A stretch of DNA of 56,200 nt from Bdellovibrionota bacterium (lineage in GTDB: Bacteria; Bdellovibrionota; FAC87; UBA2466): the NCBI GenBank assembly GCA_041736915.1, contig JBGSST010000241.1, positions 1-56,200 on the forward strand, read 5' to 3'. The position numbers and the translations under genes were made by a program. The notes under the pieces are model-generated. The model ran no database searches. It had not been told where the DNA came from and saw only the letters and a list, made by a program, of their open reading frames with translations. The first letter of the stretch is position 1. Each line of letters begins with the position of its first letter. Below, piece after piece: positions 19,015 through 28,829 of the stretch.

Positions 19015-20655
19015 TTGCCATCGCCGTGGGTCCAAGTACCAGCTAGACTCGTACGCGTGAGTTGGCGTTATTCATTCATCGCACTATTCGTTTTGGCGCC
19101 GCCGATCTGCGCGCGGCCTGAAATGAAGCTGCCCTTTTTGCCTTCTCCTCCCGAGAGCCAGCGCGAGTGGCTGCACCAGTTCTTCGAGGCCGATCGCGCG
19201 GAGCGGGCGTTTCGTCCGCACGCGGCCGCTAGATCACGCGCCGCCTTTTTGAGCCGCTGCCCAAGTGATACGAAAGCCTTCTCCGTTGAGGAGCGCTCCC
19301 GCTTCGCTTTTTTGTGTGCGATCGTGCTCAACGAAAGCAACGAACGGTCTTCCGTGCGCAGCCTTCCCATCGTGAGCTGGTTCTCTTCCGTTACGCCCCT
19401 CCCGTGGGACGCCTTGGCCGCGCTTCCGCAGGCTGAGCAAGTCGCTTGGCAGGCCCGGGCGGTGCTGACTAACTCGGGCTGGTCCATTCCGCGCGACCGG
19501 GGTTTCCTCGCGCTCGAGAATATTCGTCAGCTCTTCCCAAATTTTCAGGAGGCACGTTGGTGGCGCTACGAAGCCGCGCTGGCGCAGCGGCAGCCAACGC
19601 AGATTGCCTCCGCCTATGCGGAGCTTCTCGCTGGTTCCGGAGCGAAGAAGCCCTTTGCCGTTCCGGACCCGGAGTTTGCCGAGCGGCGTTTTTTAGACGG
19701 GCTGACTTACGGGATCGTGCCCGAGCTCGGCTTCCAATCCTTTCTGGGCTTCAACGCGGGCGCGCGATGGTGGAATGAGCGAATTGGTGACGAGCCGCGC
19801 GCAATTTCTCTCGTGGCGAATGCTTACTCCAATTCTTCGGTGGTGGGCGAAGCTAGGTACGAAGATCGTAAATGGTTTTCTTCGTCATTCCTTCCCGTGA
19901 TCGTGAAGCTCGCCGTTTCCGGAGGGTGGGACCGCAAACGTTACCTGCTGGGCGCCCGCGACGTGACGGCCGACTTTCACCAGAGCGGATTCACGTCCGA
20001 AGGCCGGCTGCAGTTTCCCGTGTGGGAAAGTCTTTCGGTCGAGGCGGGCTATCACTTTTTTTACCTAGGGGACGAAACCGTCAGCGGCGGAACGCTCGTG
20101 CCCCCGATTGGCGCCTACTCGGGGCGGGGACCTATCGTTAGTCTTTCGTGGGACTCTCGCGATAGTGCGATCGTTCCCCGCGACGGCTACCGCGTGCTGG
20201 TCGAGTGGATGCAACGTGCGTTCGACAAAGAGCCCACTTCAAACGAGATTCGGGGCCGGGCCGAAGCGTACCTCGTCTTGTCGAAACAACTCTCGTGGAG
20301 TGGCGCGCTGGTGACCAACCAGTTTTGGGGAAGCCGGCGGCGTGACCTCGTTCCGGTTTGGGGAAATGGGCATCTCTCTTTACCCGGACTCGTGCGTGAG
20401 CGTTACCGCGCTTTATCTGGGCTGGGGGGAACCACCGAGTTTCAGCGCGAGTTCAGTGATGGCTTTAGAATGCTGGCCTTCTTGACGGCCCTTGGCCTCA
20501 CTAACCCGTTGGTGCCGGGCGACACGGTGCTGCTCGGCGGCGGATTGGGCGCGGAGCTTTCTTTCTCGCAACGTACGCGACCGACTTTGCGCGCCGAGCT
20601 GGGGTGGCTTTCGTCGGAATGGAGCGTTCGCGCCTTCTGGTTGGCTCCGCTTTGA
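19015..20655 (+). CDS. Omp85/BamA-TamA-family outer membrane protein with helical N-terminus
   Basis: WDSRDSAIVPRDG, LPGLVRERY and GGGLG motifs with amphipathic beta strands. Start may be GTG 19057. Confidence 0.65.
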   Translation: MPSPWVQVPARLVRVSWRYSFIALFVLAPPICARPEMKLPFLPSPPESQREWLHQFFEADRAERAFRPHAAARSRAAFLSRCPSDTKAFSVEERSRFAFLCAIVLNESNERSSVRSLPIVSWFSSVTPLPWDALAALPQAEQVAWQARAVLTNSGWSIPRDRGFLALENIRQLFPNFQEARWWRYEAALAQRQPTQIASAYAELLAGSGAKKPFAVPDPEFAERRFLDGLTYGIVPELGFQSFLGFNAGARWWNERIGDEPRAISLVANAYSNSSVVGEARYEDRKWFSSSFLPVIVKLAVSGGWDRKRYLLGARDVTADFHQSGFTSEGRLQFPVWESLSVEAGYHFFYLGDETVSGGTLVPPIGAYSGRGPIVSLSWDSRDSAIVPRDGYRVLVEWMQRAFDKEPTSNEIRGRAEAYLVLSKQLSWSGALVTNQFWGSRRRDLVPVWGNGHLSLPGLVRERYRALSGLGGTTEFQREFSDGFRMLAFLTALGLTNPLVPGDTVLLGGGLGAELSFSQRTRPTLRAELGWLSSEWSVRAFWLAPL

Positions 20656-20681
20656 ACCTTTCGCCGTGCTAAGCTTTGTGA

Positions 20682-22064
20682 GTGCGAAGCCTTCGGTTAT
20701 TTCTGGCGTTCAGTTTGGTGGCGGCCCCCAGCTACGCCACGGAGTTCGGTACCTGTTTTCGTGCGTTGGCCTTCGCGGCCCCGAGCGGCGGGCCGCCCCC
20801 GCTTGAACTTATCGAGGGAACGTTACGTGAGCTACTTACCGAACTGGGCGGAAAGCTGGCTCCTGACCAAGCCGCGGAGATGGCCCGTTCGGAAAACCCT
20901 TTCGCGCTGCCCGAGAGATCGAATCAAGATCTGCTGAGCCTTCGCCGACGGCTGCTTCAATTCGAGGAGATGCTAAAAAACTCCGGATGGCGAACGCCCG
21001 AGGTGGCTCAGCGAGCGCGCCAGGTCTTGGGCGAGGTGGCGGGTGGTAAGGCCGCGGCGGGCCTTCGTTTGCAACGCGTCGTGGAGGGGCCGTTCCTGAA
21101 ACGGATTCCCCTGGTAGACGCGCCCGGCTTTCAGGTGACGCCGGAGGGGCGCTGGATCGTCACGGAAGAAACGATGAGCAACGGTCCGATCGGCCAAAAC
21201 CACCCTTTTCACAGCATCGACACGGGTAGCGGATTTACCATCCGGGCGGACCTTCCCCGCCTGGCCGGTTTGGCCGTGCTGTCGCGCGACGGAAAGTCGC
21301 TCCTGATTCCCCACCACGATCAAACCGTGATCGAAATCCCATTCGAGAATGGCCACATCCTGTGGAACAGGAAAAAACAGAACGGCACTCCGGTGTTGCC
21401 CCGCCTAGCGGAGGTGCCTAAGGCCGCCATCGGCGAGCAATCGGGCCGGGTCTACGCCAGTTTCGCGGCGGACAAAATGAACCTGCTAAGCCAATCGGGT
21501 GAACGCATACCACTCACGTTGGCCGATGGATCCCCCGCGCGGGCTCCCCACAGCTGGGGGGTGGTGTCGGGCACGGATGACCTCTACGTGAACGAGGCCC
21601 AAGGGGCCGAACTCGTGGTGAAGCGCATGACTTTTCAGCCGGACGGGGTCGGCACGCTGGTGGCCGAGTGGCGTCTGCCGTCATCGGCCACGAATAGTCA
21701 GATTTTAGTGGGGCCCGACAGTCAGCTGCTTTTGCACCACCGAACAAGGGGGGAGCTGGACTTGTATCCCACCCCTGGCGGGCCACCCCTCTCCATCCCC
21801 ATTCCACCCAAGGAACGGGGCTCGAGCGCCTTGCAGTCTTTTCAAATCTCCCCGAACGAAAAGCACGGAACGGCCTTAGTGGTCGATTCGACCCAGACGC
21901 CCGCACGGGTTCACCTGATTCGCTTTCACCTCGGCAACGGGGCGGTCACCGACGACGTCGAAGTTCCCGAGACCCACGGCAACAGCCTTCGCCTTTCCCC
22001 GGACGGTAAGGTCGCTTACTTCAGTTCCCACTACCACGAGGTCGTGCAGGTCCGGATAGACTAG
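20682..22064 (+). CDS. Secreted protein with helical N-domain and beta-propeller; paralog of 11669..13087
   Basis: Signal peptide; TPEGRW, SRDGKS and SPDGKV blade motifs; N-domain shared with the paralog. Confidence 0.6.
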   Translation: MRSLRLFLAFSLVAAPSYATEFGTCFRALAFAAPSGGPPPLELIEGTLRELLTELGGKLAPDQAAEMARSENPFALPERSNQDLLSLRRRLLQFEEMLKNSGWRTPEVAQRARQVLGEVAGGKAAAGLRLQRVVEGPFLKRIPLVDAPGFQVTPEGRWIVTEETMSNGPIGQNHPFHSIDTGSGFTIRADLPRLAGLAVLSRDGKSLLIPHHDQTVIEIPFENGHILWNRKKQNGTPVLPRLAEVPKAAIGEQSGRVYASFAADKMNLLSQSGERIPLTLADGSPARAPHSWGVVSGTDDLYVNEAQGAELVVKRMTFQPDGVGTLVAEWRLPSSATNSQILVGPDSQLLLHHRTRGELDLYPTPGGPPLSIPIPPKERGSSALQSFQISPNEKHGTALVVDSTQTPARVHLIRFHLGNGAVTDDVEVPETHGNSLRLSPDGKVAYFSSHYHEVVQVRID

Positions 22065-22103
22065 CCACTTCCCATACCGCCTTTCCGGGTAGAGAATTCG
22101 GGC

Positions 22104-22637
22104 ATGAAAACGTTAGCGCTGTTTTGTTTGCTTGTTCTGGTGTCCCCTTTCTCCCTGGCCGACGACAAGCCCGTCGAAGCGGTGAAGTACGTCGATCTAC
22201 AGCGCTACGCCGGAACCTGGTACGAGATCGCGCGGTTCCCCTTTACGCAGCAGAACGGCTGCCACAACACCACCGCCACTTACACGCTGAACGACGACGG
22301 CACGGTAAAGGTAACCAACCGCTGTCGCAAAGGGGGCTTCGACGGCCCCGAGTCAGTAGCGGTGGCGAAAGCCAAAGTGGCCGACCCCGTGTCCCAGGCG
22401 AAGCTCAAGGTGAAGTTTTTCTTCTTGGCCCCCTGGGCGGACTACTGGGTGATTCGGCTGGGCGACGACTACGAATACGCCGTAGTGAGCCAGCCGAGCC
22501 GCAAGTACCTTTGGATCTTGAGCCGCACTCCGCAGATGGAAGCCACGCGCTACGACGAGATCGTAAAGGGGCTGCAAGAAGACGGGTTCAACATGACCCG
22601 GCTCGAAAAAACTCCCCAAAAATGGGAGGGGCTTTAG
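22104..22637 (+). CDS. blc: Bacterial lipocalin (Blc family)
   Basis: VDLQRYAGTWYEIAR, YWVI and YLWILSRTP motifs; no lipobox Cys seen. Confidence 0.93.
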   Translation: MKTLALFCLLVLVSPFSLADDKPVEAVKYVDLQRYAGTWYEIARFPFTQQNGCHNTTATYTLNDDGTVKVTNRCRKGGFDGPESVAVAKAKVADPVSQAKLKVKFFFLAPWADYWVIRLGDDYEYAVVSQPSRKYLWILSRTPQMEATRYDEIVKGLQEDGFNMTRLEKTPQKWEGL

Positions 22638-22701
22638 CCCGGCTTCCGCACTAGTTCAGCTGGCTCCTTACCTAAAGCTACTCGGCCTAGCGCTCGGCCT
22701 C

Positions 22702-23427
22702 ATGCTGGCGCTGTGGGGCGTGAGTCTGCTGCGGAAAGACGCGAGCCTCGTCGATAGGTTTTGGGGGCTGGGGTTTTTAGTTCTCTACGCCTACCAGCTC
22801 GCCGACTGCCGCTTTCTGACCTTTCGCGCGGCCCTGGTTTTGGGGCTGGTGGCGGCGTGGGCCATTCGGCTGTCGCTTCACATTCACCTGCGAAATCGAA
22901 AACACGGGGAAGACGTTCGCTACCAAAAGATGCGGGCTACCATCGGAAAAAACTTTTGGTGGGTCAGCCTTTTCAGCGTGTTCTTCTTGCAGGGGACGTT
23001 GCTGTGGCTCATCTCGGCGCCGCTCGTATTCATTTTGCTGTTTCCCCAGTCTGACCAGGCCACGCTGCTCGACTATTTAGGCGTGGCGTTATGGACCATC
23101 GGATTTCTCTTCGAAGCCGTGGCCGATTACCAGCTGGCGCGTTTCAAACGTAAGCCGGAAAACGCCGGAAAAGTTTGCCGGGAAGGGTTGTGGAATTTGA
23201 GCCGGCATCCCAACTACTTTGGCGAAGCGGTGCTGTGGTGGGGTTACGCGGTCATTTGCCTGAACACCTCGGTGGGTTACCTGGCGCTATATAGCCCGGT
23301 GCTGATGACCTTTCTTTTGCTGCGCGTTTCGGGAGTGTCTTTACTCGAAAAGCAGCTGATCCAAACCAAGCCCGGTTACGCCGATTACGTGAAGAGCGTG
23401 CCCGCTTTTTTCCCAAGGATGATGTGA
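22702..23427 (+). CDS. DUF1295 membrane protein (steroid 5-alpha-reductase-like)
   Basis: VDRFWG, EDVRY, EAVADYQL and GLWNLSRHPNYFGE motifs. Confidence 0.9.
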   Translation: MLALWGVSLLRKDASLVDRFWGLGFLVLYAYQLADCRFLTFRAALVLGLVAAWAIRLSLHIHLRNRKHGEDVRYQKMRATIGKNFWWVSLFSVFFLQGTLLWLISAPLVFILLFPQSDQATLLDYLGVALWTIGFLFEAVADYQLARFKRKPENAGKVCREGLWNLSRHPNYFGEAVLWWGYAVICLNTSVGYLALYSPVLMTFLLLRVSGVSLLEKQLIQTKPGYADYVKSVPAFFPRMM

Positions 23428-23834
23428 TGTTTTTGAAACTGTACCTTACGGCGCTGCCGGTTTTCTTCGCGCTCGACATGCTTTGGCTGGGGCTAATCGC
23501 GCGAAAGTTCTACCGATCGCAAATTGGTTTTATGCTCAAAGACGACGTGAACTGGCCGGCCGCCATCGCGTTCTACCTCATCTTCATTGGCGGGCTCGTC
23601 CACTTCGTGATCTCCCCGGCCGTCGAGAAAGGGCAGTGGTCCGCAGCGCTGGTGAATGGCGTGCTCTTCGGCCTAGTGACCTACGCCGCCTACGATCTGA
23701 CTAACCTCGCCACCGCCAAAGACTGGCCGGTGCTCGTGACCGTCGTGGATCTCGTTTGGGGAATGGTCTTGGCGGGGTCCGTGTCGGTCATCACTTTTGT
23801 CATTGCCGAGAGGCTTGGTATTATCCGCTTATGA
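23424..23834 (+). CDS. DUF2177 membrane protein
   Basis: LDMLWLG, YAAYDLTNLAT and VDLVWG motifs. Confidence 0.9.
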   Translation: MMFLKLYLTALPVFFALDMLWLGLIARKFYRSQIGFMLKDDVNWPAAIAFYLIFIGGLVHFVISPAVEKGQWSAALVNGVLFGLVTYAAYDLTNLATAKDWPVLVTVVDLVWGMVLAGSVSVITFVIAERLGIIRL

Positions 23835-24424
23835 AGAGCTGGGTAGAGTGGGGGCTAGCGGTGGTGACCAGCGTGTTTGCCGGAACTTCGGGAACCGTTT
23901 GGTTTAGTTCTCCAGAAGTCGATTGGCGCGTGCGAACCGATAAAACCGAGCGCCCCGAAATTGGGTTATCCACGTTAGAGCTCGAAGTGGACGACGCGGT
24001 GAACGGCGAAGGCATGCTTTACGCCCTTCCCGGCAAGACGGGGAAGGTGGGGTTCGCGCTTATCGAAGCTCAGGCTCCCGTTGATGCCGCCGCCTACCGT
24101 GACGTGTGTTTCCGTTTTAGCGGAGAGCCGAAGGGGGCCCACTTACAGGCTCTGCTCAAAGATGATCAGGCGGAACAGCCGCGTGGCACGCTGACGTTCC
24201 AAACCGATTTCGTCGCGTCAGGAGAGGTCCAGGATATTTGCCTGCCGCTTTCCCGCTTTGTCGCGCACATTCGCGGCACGGCAGTTTCGGGGTTCGTCCT
24301 GAACGCGCATTCGCTTCGCAGTTTTTCCATTCAAATAAGCCGTAGTCGTTTGGAAGAGCCACTGTTGTCCCAAAGTCCTTTGGGGTTTCAGTTCGCGCTT
24401 CGGGGTGACGTGCGGTTGAGGTAG
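23831..24424 (+). CDS. CIA30-family carbohydrate-binding-like protein
   Basis: WRVRTD...GFA...YRDVCFRF...LPLSRF...RG pattern of CIA30 domains. Confidence 0.6.
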   Translation: MKSWVEWGLAVVTSVFAGTSGTVWFSSPEVDWRVRTDKTERPEIGLSTLELEVDDAVNGEGMLYALPGKTGKVGFALIEAQAPVDAAAYRDVCFRFSGEPKGAHLQALLKDDQAEQPRGTLTFQTDFVASGEVQDICLPLSRFVAHIRGTAVSGFVLNAHSLRSFSIQISRSRLEEPLLSQSPLGFQFALRGDVRLR

Positions 24425-24431
24425 GTAAACC

Positions 24432-25157
24432 ATGAAGACCCTATTTTTCTTTCTCACGACTCTTTCCGTACCGGCGATTGCGCAGGACTTTCGCTTCGAG
24501 CTCGAAGGCAATCTGGCCTGGCAAAGCCGCAACGCGGTTCGCATCCCGAGCCAGGGCGGAACCGATTTTTCACTCACGGATTACGCAAGCGGGGCGGCCC
24601 CCACGGGTCGGTTTTCGCTTTTTTGGAAGGTCGGCGAAAACCACGAGCTAAAGGCGCTGGTGTTTCCGTTTGCCGTTTCGGGCAACGGGGTGCCCGCGGC
24701 CCCCGTCAACTTTCAGGGGCAAACCTTCGCTGCGGGGGTGGCCACGGAGGGAAGCTACAAGTTTCATTCTTACCGCCTCACCTATCGCTACCAGCTGGTG
24801 AATGACGAAACCTGGGGCGTAAAGATCGGATTCACGGGAAAAATTCGCAACGCGCGCGTCGCGCTTCGGCAGGGGGCACTATCGGCGGAAAAGACCGACG
24901 TTGGGTTCGTGCCGTTGCTGCATTTGAATTTCCGCTATGCCTTTACACCCGAAACTCGCCTAGAGCTCGACGCCGACGCCCTGGCGGCCCCGCAGGGCCG
25001 CGCGGAAGACGTTTCACTTTTGCTGTGGCACAAGCTGGGCGAGCAGTTCGAAGTAGGCGGCGGTTACCGCTTGCTCGAGGGCGGCGCCTCGAACGACACG
25101 GTATACACGTTCGCCTTCTTACATTTCCTATCGCTAAACGCCGCGGTTAAGTTCTAG
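24432..25157 (+). CDS. Outer-membrane beta-barrel protein
   Basis: Signal peptide, alternating beta strands (YRLTYRY, GGGYRLLEGG), terminal Phe. Confidence 0.75.
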   Translation: MKTLFFFLTTLSVPAIAQDFRFELEGNLAWQSRNAVRIPSQGGTDFSLTDYASGAAPTGRFSLFWKVGENHELKALVFPFAVSGNGVPAAPVNFQGQTFAAGVATEGSYKFHSYRLTYRYQLVNDETWGVKIGFTGKIRNARVALRQGALSAEKTDVGFVPLLHLNFRYAFTPETRLELDADALAAPQGRAEDVSLLLWHKLGEQFEVGGGYRLLEGGASNDTVYTFAFLHFLSLNAAVKF

Positions 25158-25166
25158 CCCCGGCCC

Positions 25167-25706
25167 TTACTTCGCAACGCATTCGCCGAGGTAGGCGGTG
25201 TTACCGACACCGAACGTGTCGGTAGTCGTAGCGGTCAGCTCTACTCCCTGGTCAGAAAGACGAGTCGCCGTAATGGTAGCGCGCGTGCCTTCTTCTTCGG
25301 GCGCAAGAGTTATCGTGGCGTTCTTGAGCACGACGGTGCTCGCGGCCTGTCCATTCTGAGCAAGGCTCATGACGACGCGCGAGGAAGTACAGCGAAGGTG
25401 GATGTCATCCGCGGCGCGTTCGCACTGCGCGGCCCGCAACATCAGCTTCGCCGACGGTACGAAGTCTGCGGACGTGAGTCCCAAGGACTTCGTAAACTCG
25501 TTCATATCGATGGCGATTCCGCCCTTCACGTAAACTTCCACCGACGTACCAAGCTGCCTTACATTCACCGCCCCGTAGTACCCACTCGCGTTGGCGCACA
25601 TCACGTGGATTGGTTTCGGTGACCCCAGCGCGGCCATGCATTCCACCGGAGCCGCCATTGCGGCCCCACACAACATCATCGTAATTCCCGTCATCAGCTT
25701 TTTCAT
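25167..25706 (-). CDS. Secreted hypothetical protein
   Basis: MKKLMTGITMMLCGAAMA signal peptide; GGAG RBS. Confidence 0.65.
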   Translation of the reverse strand: MKKLMTGITMMLCGAAMAAPVECMAALGSPKPIHVMCANASGYYGAVNVRQLGTSVEVYVKGGIAIDMNEFTKSLGLTSADFVPSAKLMLRAAQCERAADDIHLRCTSSRVVMSLAQNGQAASTVVLKNATITLAPEEEGTRATITATRLSDQGVELTATTTDTFGVGNTAYLGECVAK

Positions 25707-25801
25707 TTGAACTCCCTTAAGCCCAATTAAAGAGCGAACGAGGAATAAGGGAAAATGATTAAGCGCCATTACTGCCATATGGCAAAGCTATGGCACCCCA
25801 A

Positions 25802-25823
25802 AGGTACCCGCTTCCTTTTGAAC
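25802..25823. repeat. REP-like dispersed repeat, copy 1
   Basis: AGGTACCCGCTTCCTTTTGAAC is identical to the core of the copies at 37115 and 45117. Confidence 0.85.
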
Positions 25824-25827
25824 GCCG

Positions 25828-27480
25828 CTATTGGGGCACCGGCACGGTGCCGGGCGCGATTGCCCGGAAAATGACCGAGCACTCGGCGGCTTTGAGAACT
25901 TGGCCAACCGTGCGTCCGCCGGCACGGCTTAGGTCGAGTGAATCCTTTAGCAGGGTAATCAGTAATTCCTCCGGGGCACCGGCTTTGCGTAGCTTTTCAA
26001 GGGCCGTGAGTAGCGAAGACTCTCTACCCAAGATTCCCTGATCGTCGGCACCAAGCAGAACCGGAATTCCGCGGCCCGAGAGCTGCATCAAATTTCGCAT
26101 GATATTTTGGTAAGTGGCGCCGTGCAGAATGTGATTCGACTCCGGGCTGCACTCCACGGCGATTTTCTTCTGCAGCCTTGGCTCCTTCGCGAGCTGCTCG
26201 AGAAAGTTGGCGTCCTCCACATTCATGGCGGCCACGTGGCCGATGCGGATCTTGGCCGGTTTAGGGCCGGGATTGAGCTTCCACTTTGTTAGCGCCTTGC
26301 GCATCGCCGTGTAGAAAGGACCGGTGCGGGCGGTTTCGTAGGCGTGAAGCCGAATTTCCCCGCCGACTTCGCTCATCGCCGTGAGCACGCGGGTCAACCG
26401 GGTCTCCAGCGCATCGGCCTTACTCGTTGCCAGCGAGAGAAGTTTCTTAGACTCGCTCACCTCGGCGCGCAAACGCTTGGCCGCATCCCGAAGCCTAGCG
26501 CCCTCTGCCCGCTTTTCGTTCGCCTCCGCCTCGCGGCCTTCCGCCGCATCGGTTTTCGCCTGGTTGAGTAGCCGGTCGGCTTGCGCATCGGCGGCCGTGC
26601 GCTGCGCCTCTAACGCTTCGACTTTCTTGGTCAGCCCCTCTACGTCCATGGCCGCGTCTTTGGCTTCCTGGATACTGCCGGTGACATCGATGCCGCGGGC
26701 CCAACGCTCTTTGATCCCTTTTTTGACCATTTCGAGCTCGGCTTCGAGTTCGTCGGGGCTCATCGACACGAGCTGCCCGCGGGGAAGGCTAAAGAGAAAC
26801 GAGACCCGGGCATTACTTCCTCTCACCGTGGCGTTGTAGGTGGTGGCATTGAAGAGCCGCTTGGGAACGCTTAAGTCCAGAATCGAGCGGGTGGAGTAGT
26901 CCGTGCCCTGGTAAGTTTTCCGCACGGCCTTTTCTAGGAACGTAGCGAACTCGGCCGGGTTCTCCTCCAGCATGGTAGACATCAACTCGCGGCGCACGTC
27001 TTCCAGGGTTTGGTACGAGGTCGGATTCTTTGCCGTTAGTTCAGTGAATTCGAACCACGATCGCGTAACGTCTTCCGGGCGGGTGAACTTCGCGTCCCGC
27101 GCGCGGTTGCCTTTCGACATGCGTTCGGTCAGTTCGGCGAAGGTAAAGTCTTTCACCGCCGCATCGAGCGCTTTACGCGACTCGGCGTTGTCGGGATTAA
27201 AACCCGCCATCCCCAGCTCGGCGGCAAGCCCAACGGCCGTCTCGTCCCCAAACACACTTCGAATGGCTTCGGTAGGCCGCCGAACCAGCGCACCGAACTT
27301 GCGTTCGGTCAGCGTTTGTTCCGTCGGCCGGTGCTGCTTGGTCGTTTCACGATAGGCTTCCACCATCGCATCGAAGGTAGGCAACGCATACAGATGCTCG
27401 TGCCGATTGCCCGCCTGCGCCACGGCCGTAATCAGCAGCAGTAGCCCGATGAGCCAAAAGCGGCCTGCGTGTTTACCCAT
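25828..27480 (-). CDS. Secreted adenosine-deaminase-like amidohydrolase with coiled-coil insertion
   Basis: HEHL, LHAYET, RIGH, VECSPESN and GADD correspond to the ADA motifs HxH, HAGE, RIGH, E.CP.SN and DD; signal peptide present. Confidence 0.7.
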   Translation of the reverse strand: MGKHAGRFWLIGLLLLITAVAQAGNRHEHLYALPTFDAMVEAYRETTKQHRPTEQTLTERKFGALVRRPTEAIRSVFGDETAVGLAAELGMAGFNPDNAESRKALDAAVKDFTFAELTERMSKGNRARDAKFTRPEDVTRSWFEFTELTAKNPTSYQTLEDVRRELMSTMLEENPAEFATFLEKAVRKTYQGTDYSTRSILDLSVPKRLFNATTYNATVRGSNARVSFLFSLPRGQLVSMSPDELEAELEMVKKGIKERWARGIDVTGSIQEAKDAAMDVEGLTKKVEALEAQRTAADAQADRLLNQAKTDAAEGREAEANEKRAEGARLRDAAKRLRAEVSESKKLLSLATSKADALETRLTRVLTAMSEVGGEIRLHAYETARTGPFYTAMRKALTKWKLNPGPKPAKIRIGHVAAMNVEDANFLEQLAKEPRLQKKIAVECSPESNHILHGATYQNIMRNLMQLSGRGIPVLLGADDQGILGRESSLLTALEKLRKAGAPEELLITLLKDSLDLSRAGGRTVGQVLKAAECSVIFRAIAPGTVPVPQ

Positions 27481-27508
27481 GCTGACAAGTTTACCCGAGT
27501 CTGGCGGT

Positions 27509-28012
27509 TTACGCGGAGGGCGACCGGCTGAGTTCATTCATAGTGATCATGGCTTCTAAGATATCCTTAGCCTGGTTCATCAGCTCGCCAATTCTGGCTA
27601 ACCTAGCTTCATCTAGCTCGAGACCATTTTTCTGACCCGAAGAGATCGACTCAAAGCTGGCGATTGCCTGGGATAAGAGCTGGGTTTCACGAATCTTCAG
27701 AACCCCCGTGATCACTTGGTTTAAATCTTCATTCGCAATAAGTGGCAAATTGCGTTGATTGGTTTCGTTCTCGGGGAGAAGCACCTCATATTCGACTAGC
27801 TGTTTCATGGCCAAACTTACTGACGCCTTTGAAACCTCTAACAGCTTTGCCACTTCGCTGGCGGTAAGTGGCTGGCGAGAGATAAAGACTAGCGCCCAGA
27901 TCTCCCCCTGCAACCGCATGAAACCCCAGTATTCAATAAACTGGCCCACCGTCTTAATGAATCGTTTCACCGAATGGGACAGCTTGGGCGCCGGCGTTTT
28001 CTTCTTTCGCAT
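27509..28012 (-). CDS. GbsR/MarR-family transcriptional regulator
   Basis: GQFIEYWGF..LQGEIWALVF...LTASEVAKLLEVSKASVSLAMKQL winged-HTH pattern. Confidence 0.85.
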   Translation of the reverse strand: MRKKKTPAPKLSHSVKRFIKTVGQFIEYWGFMRLQGEIWALVFISRQPLTASEVAKLLEVSKASVSLAMKQLVEYEVLLPENETNQRNLPLIANEDLNQVITGVLKIRETQLLSQAIASFESISSGQKNGLELDEARLARIGELMNQAKDILEAMITMNELSRSPSA

Positions 28013-28111
28013 GTTCAGGACTTACTATCATGCGGGCCGCCTGAACAACGGATTCTTAACCACGTACGTGAGGCATTTGGTCATTCCCTTTCCACGCAAA
28101 CTAATATGTAG

Positions 28112-28129
28112 GTTTAACTCGACTTAAAC
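28112..28129. promoter_or_regulatory. Palindromic operator candidate GTTTAA-N6-TTAAAC (copy 1)
   Basis: GTTTAActcgacTTAAAC lies between the divergent regulator and fasciclin genes; the same motif recurs at 31477. Confidence 0.7.
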
Positions 28130-28178
28130 TTAAATTGATGGGAAAAATAGGGCTGTAAAACAACGAGGAGTTTCAAAT

Positions 28179-28688
28179 ATGAAAAGCCGAATAGCGCTTA
28201 TCTGCTTAATCATGTCCACCGCACTCTTTGCCGGGCAGGCGAAGCCAACCAAAGGAAAAGCAATGGCCGAGAAAGATATCGTTGAGACCGCCGTGGGTGC
28301 GGGAATGTTTTCAACGCTCGCAACGGCGTTAACGGAAGCCGAATTGATCACGACCCTTAAAGGAGCCGGACCATTCACCGTGTTCGCTCCGACGGATGAG
28401 GCTTTTAAGCGTCTACCCGAGGGTACGGTCGAGAAGCTGCTGAGAAACAAGACGGCGCTTAAGCGGGTCCTGCTGTCTCACGTGGTGAGCGGCAAGGTAA
28501 TGGCGGCCGACGTCGTTAAATTGTCGGAGGCTATTACCGTCGACGGTGCCAAAGTTGGAATCAAGGTAGACAAGGGCTCGGTGCTCTTGGCCGGTACGGC
28601 TAAGGTTACCAACGCGGACGTGAAGGCCTCGAACGGTGTGATCCATGTGATCGATCACGTCATTCTGCCGCATGATCTGAACCTGTAA
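28179..28688 (+). CDS. Fasciclin (FAS1) domain protein
   Basis: GPFTVFAPTDEAF and SNGVIHVIDHVILP motifs; signal peptide. Confidence 0.95.
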   Translation: MKSRIALICLIMSTALFAGQAKPTKGKAMAEKDIVETAVGAGMFSTLATALTEAELITTLKGAGPFTVFAPTDEAFKRLPEGTVEKLLRNKTALKRVLLSHVVSGKVMAADVVKLSEAITVDGAKVGIKVDKGSVLLAGTAKVTNADVKASNGVIHVIDHVILPHDLNL

Positions 28689-28829
28689 TTGTTTCCCTGG
28701 ACCCCTGGGAAAGGCCGGACGTTCGCCTGCAATGGTGACGCCCGGCATCTTCCATTTTATTACCTCTCGTGACAGGGGGCCCTCTTAATGGAACATTAGC
28801 CTTCTCGGCTACAAAGACAGAGGTAGGGC

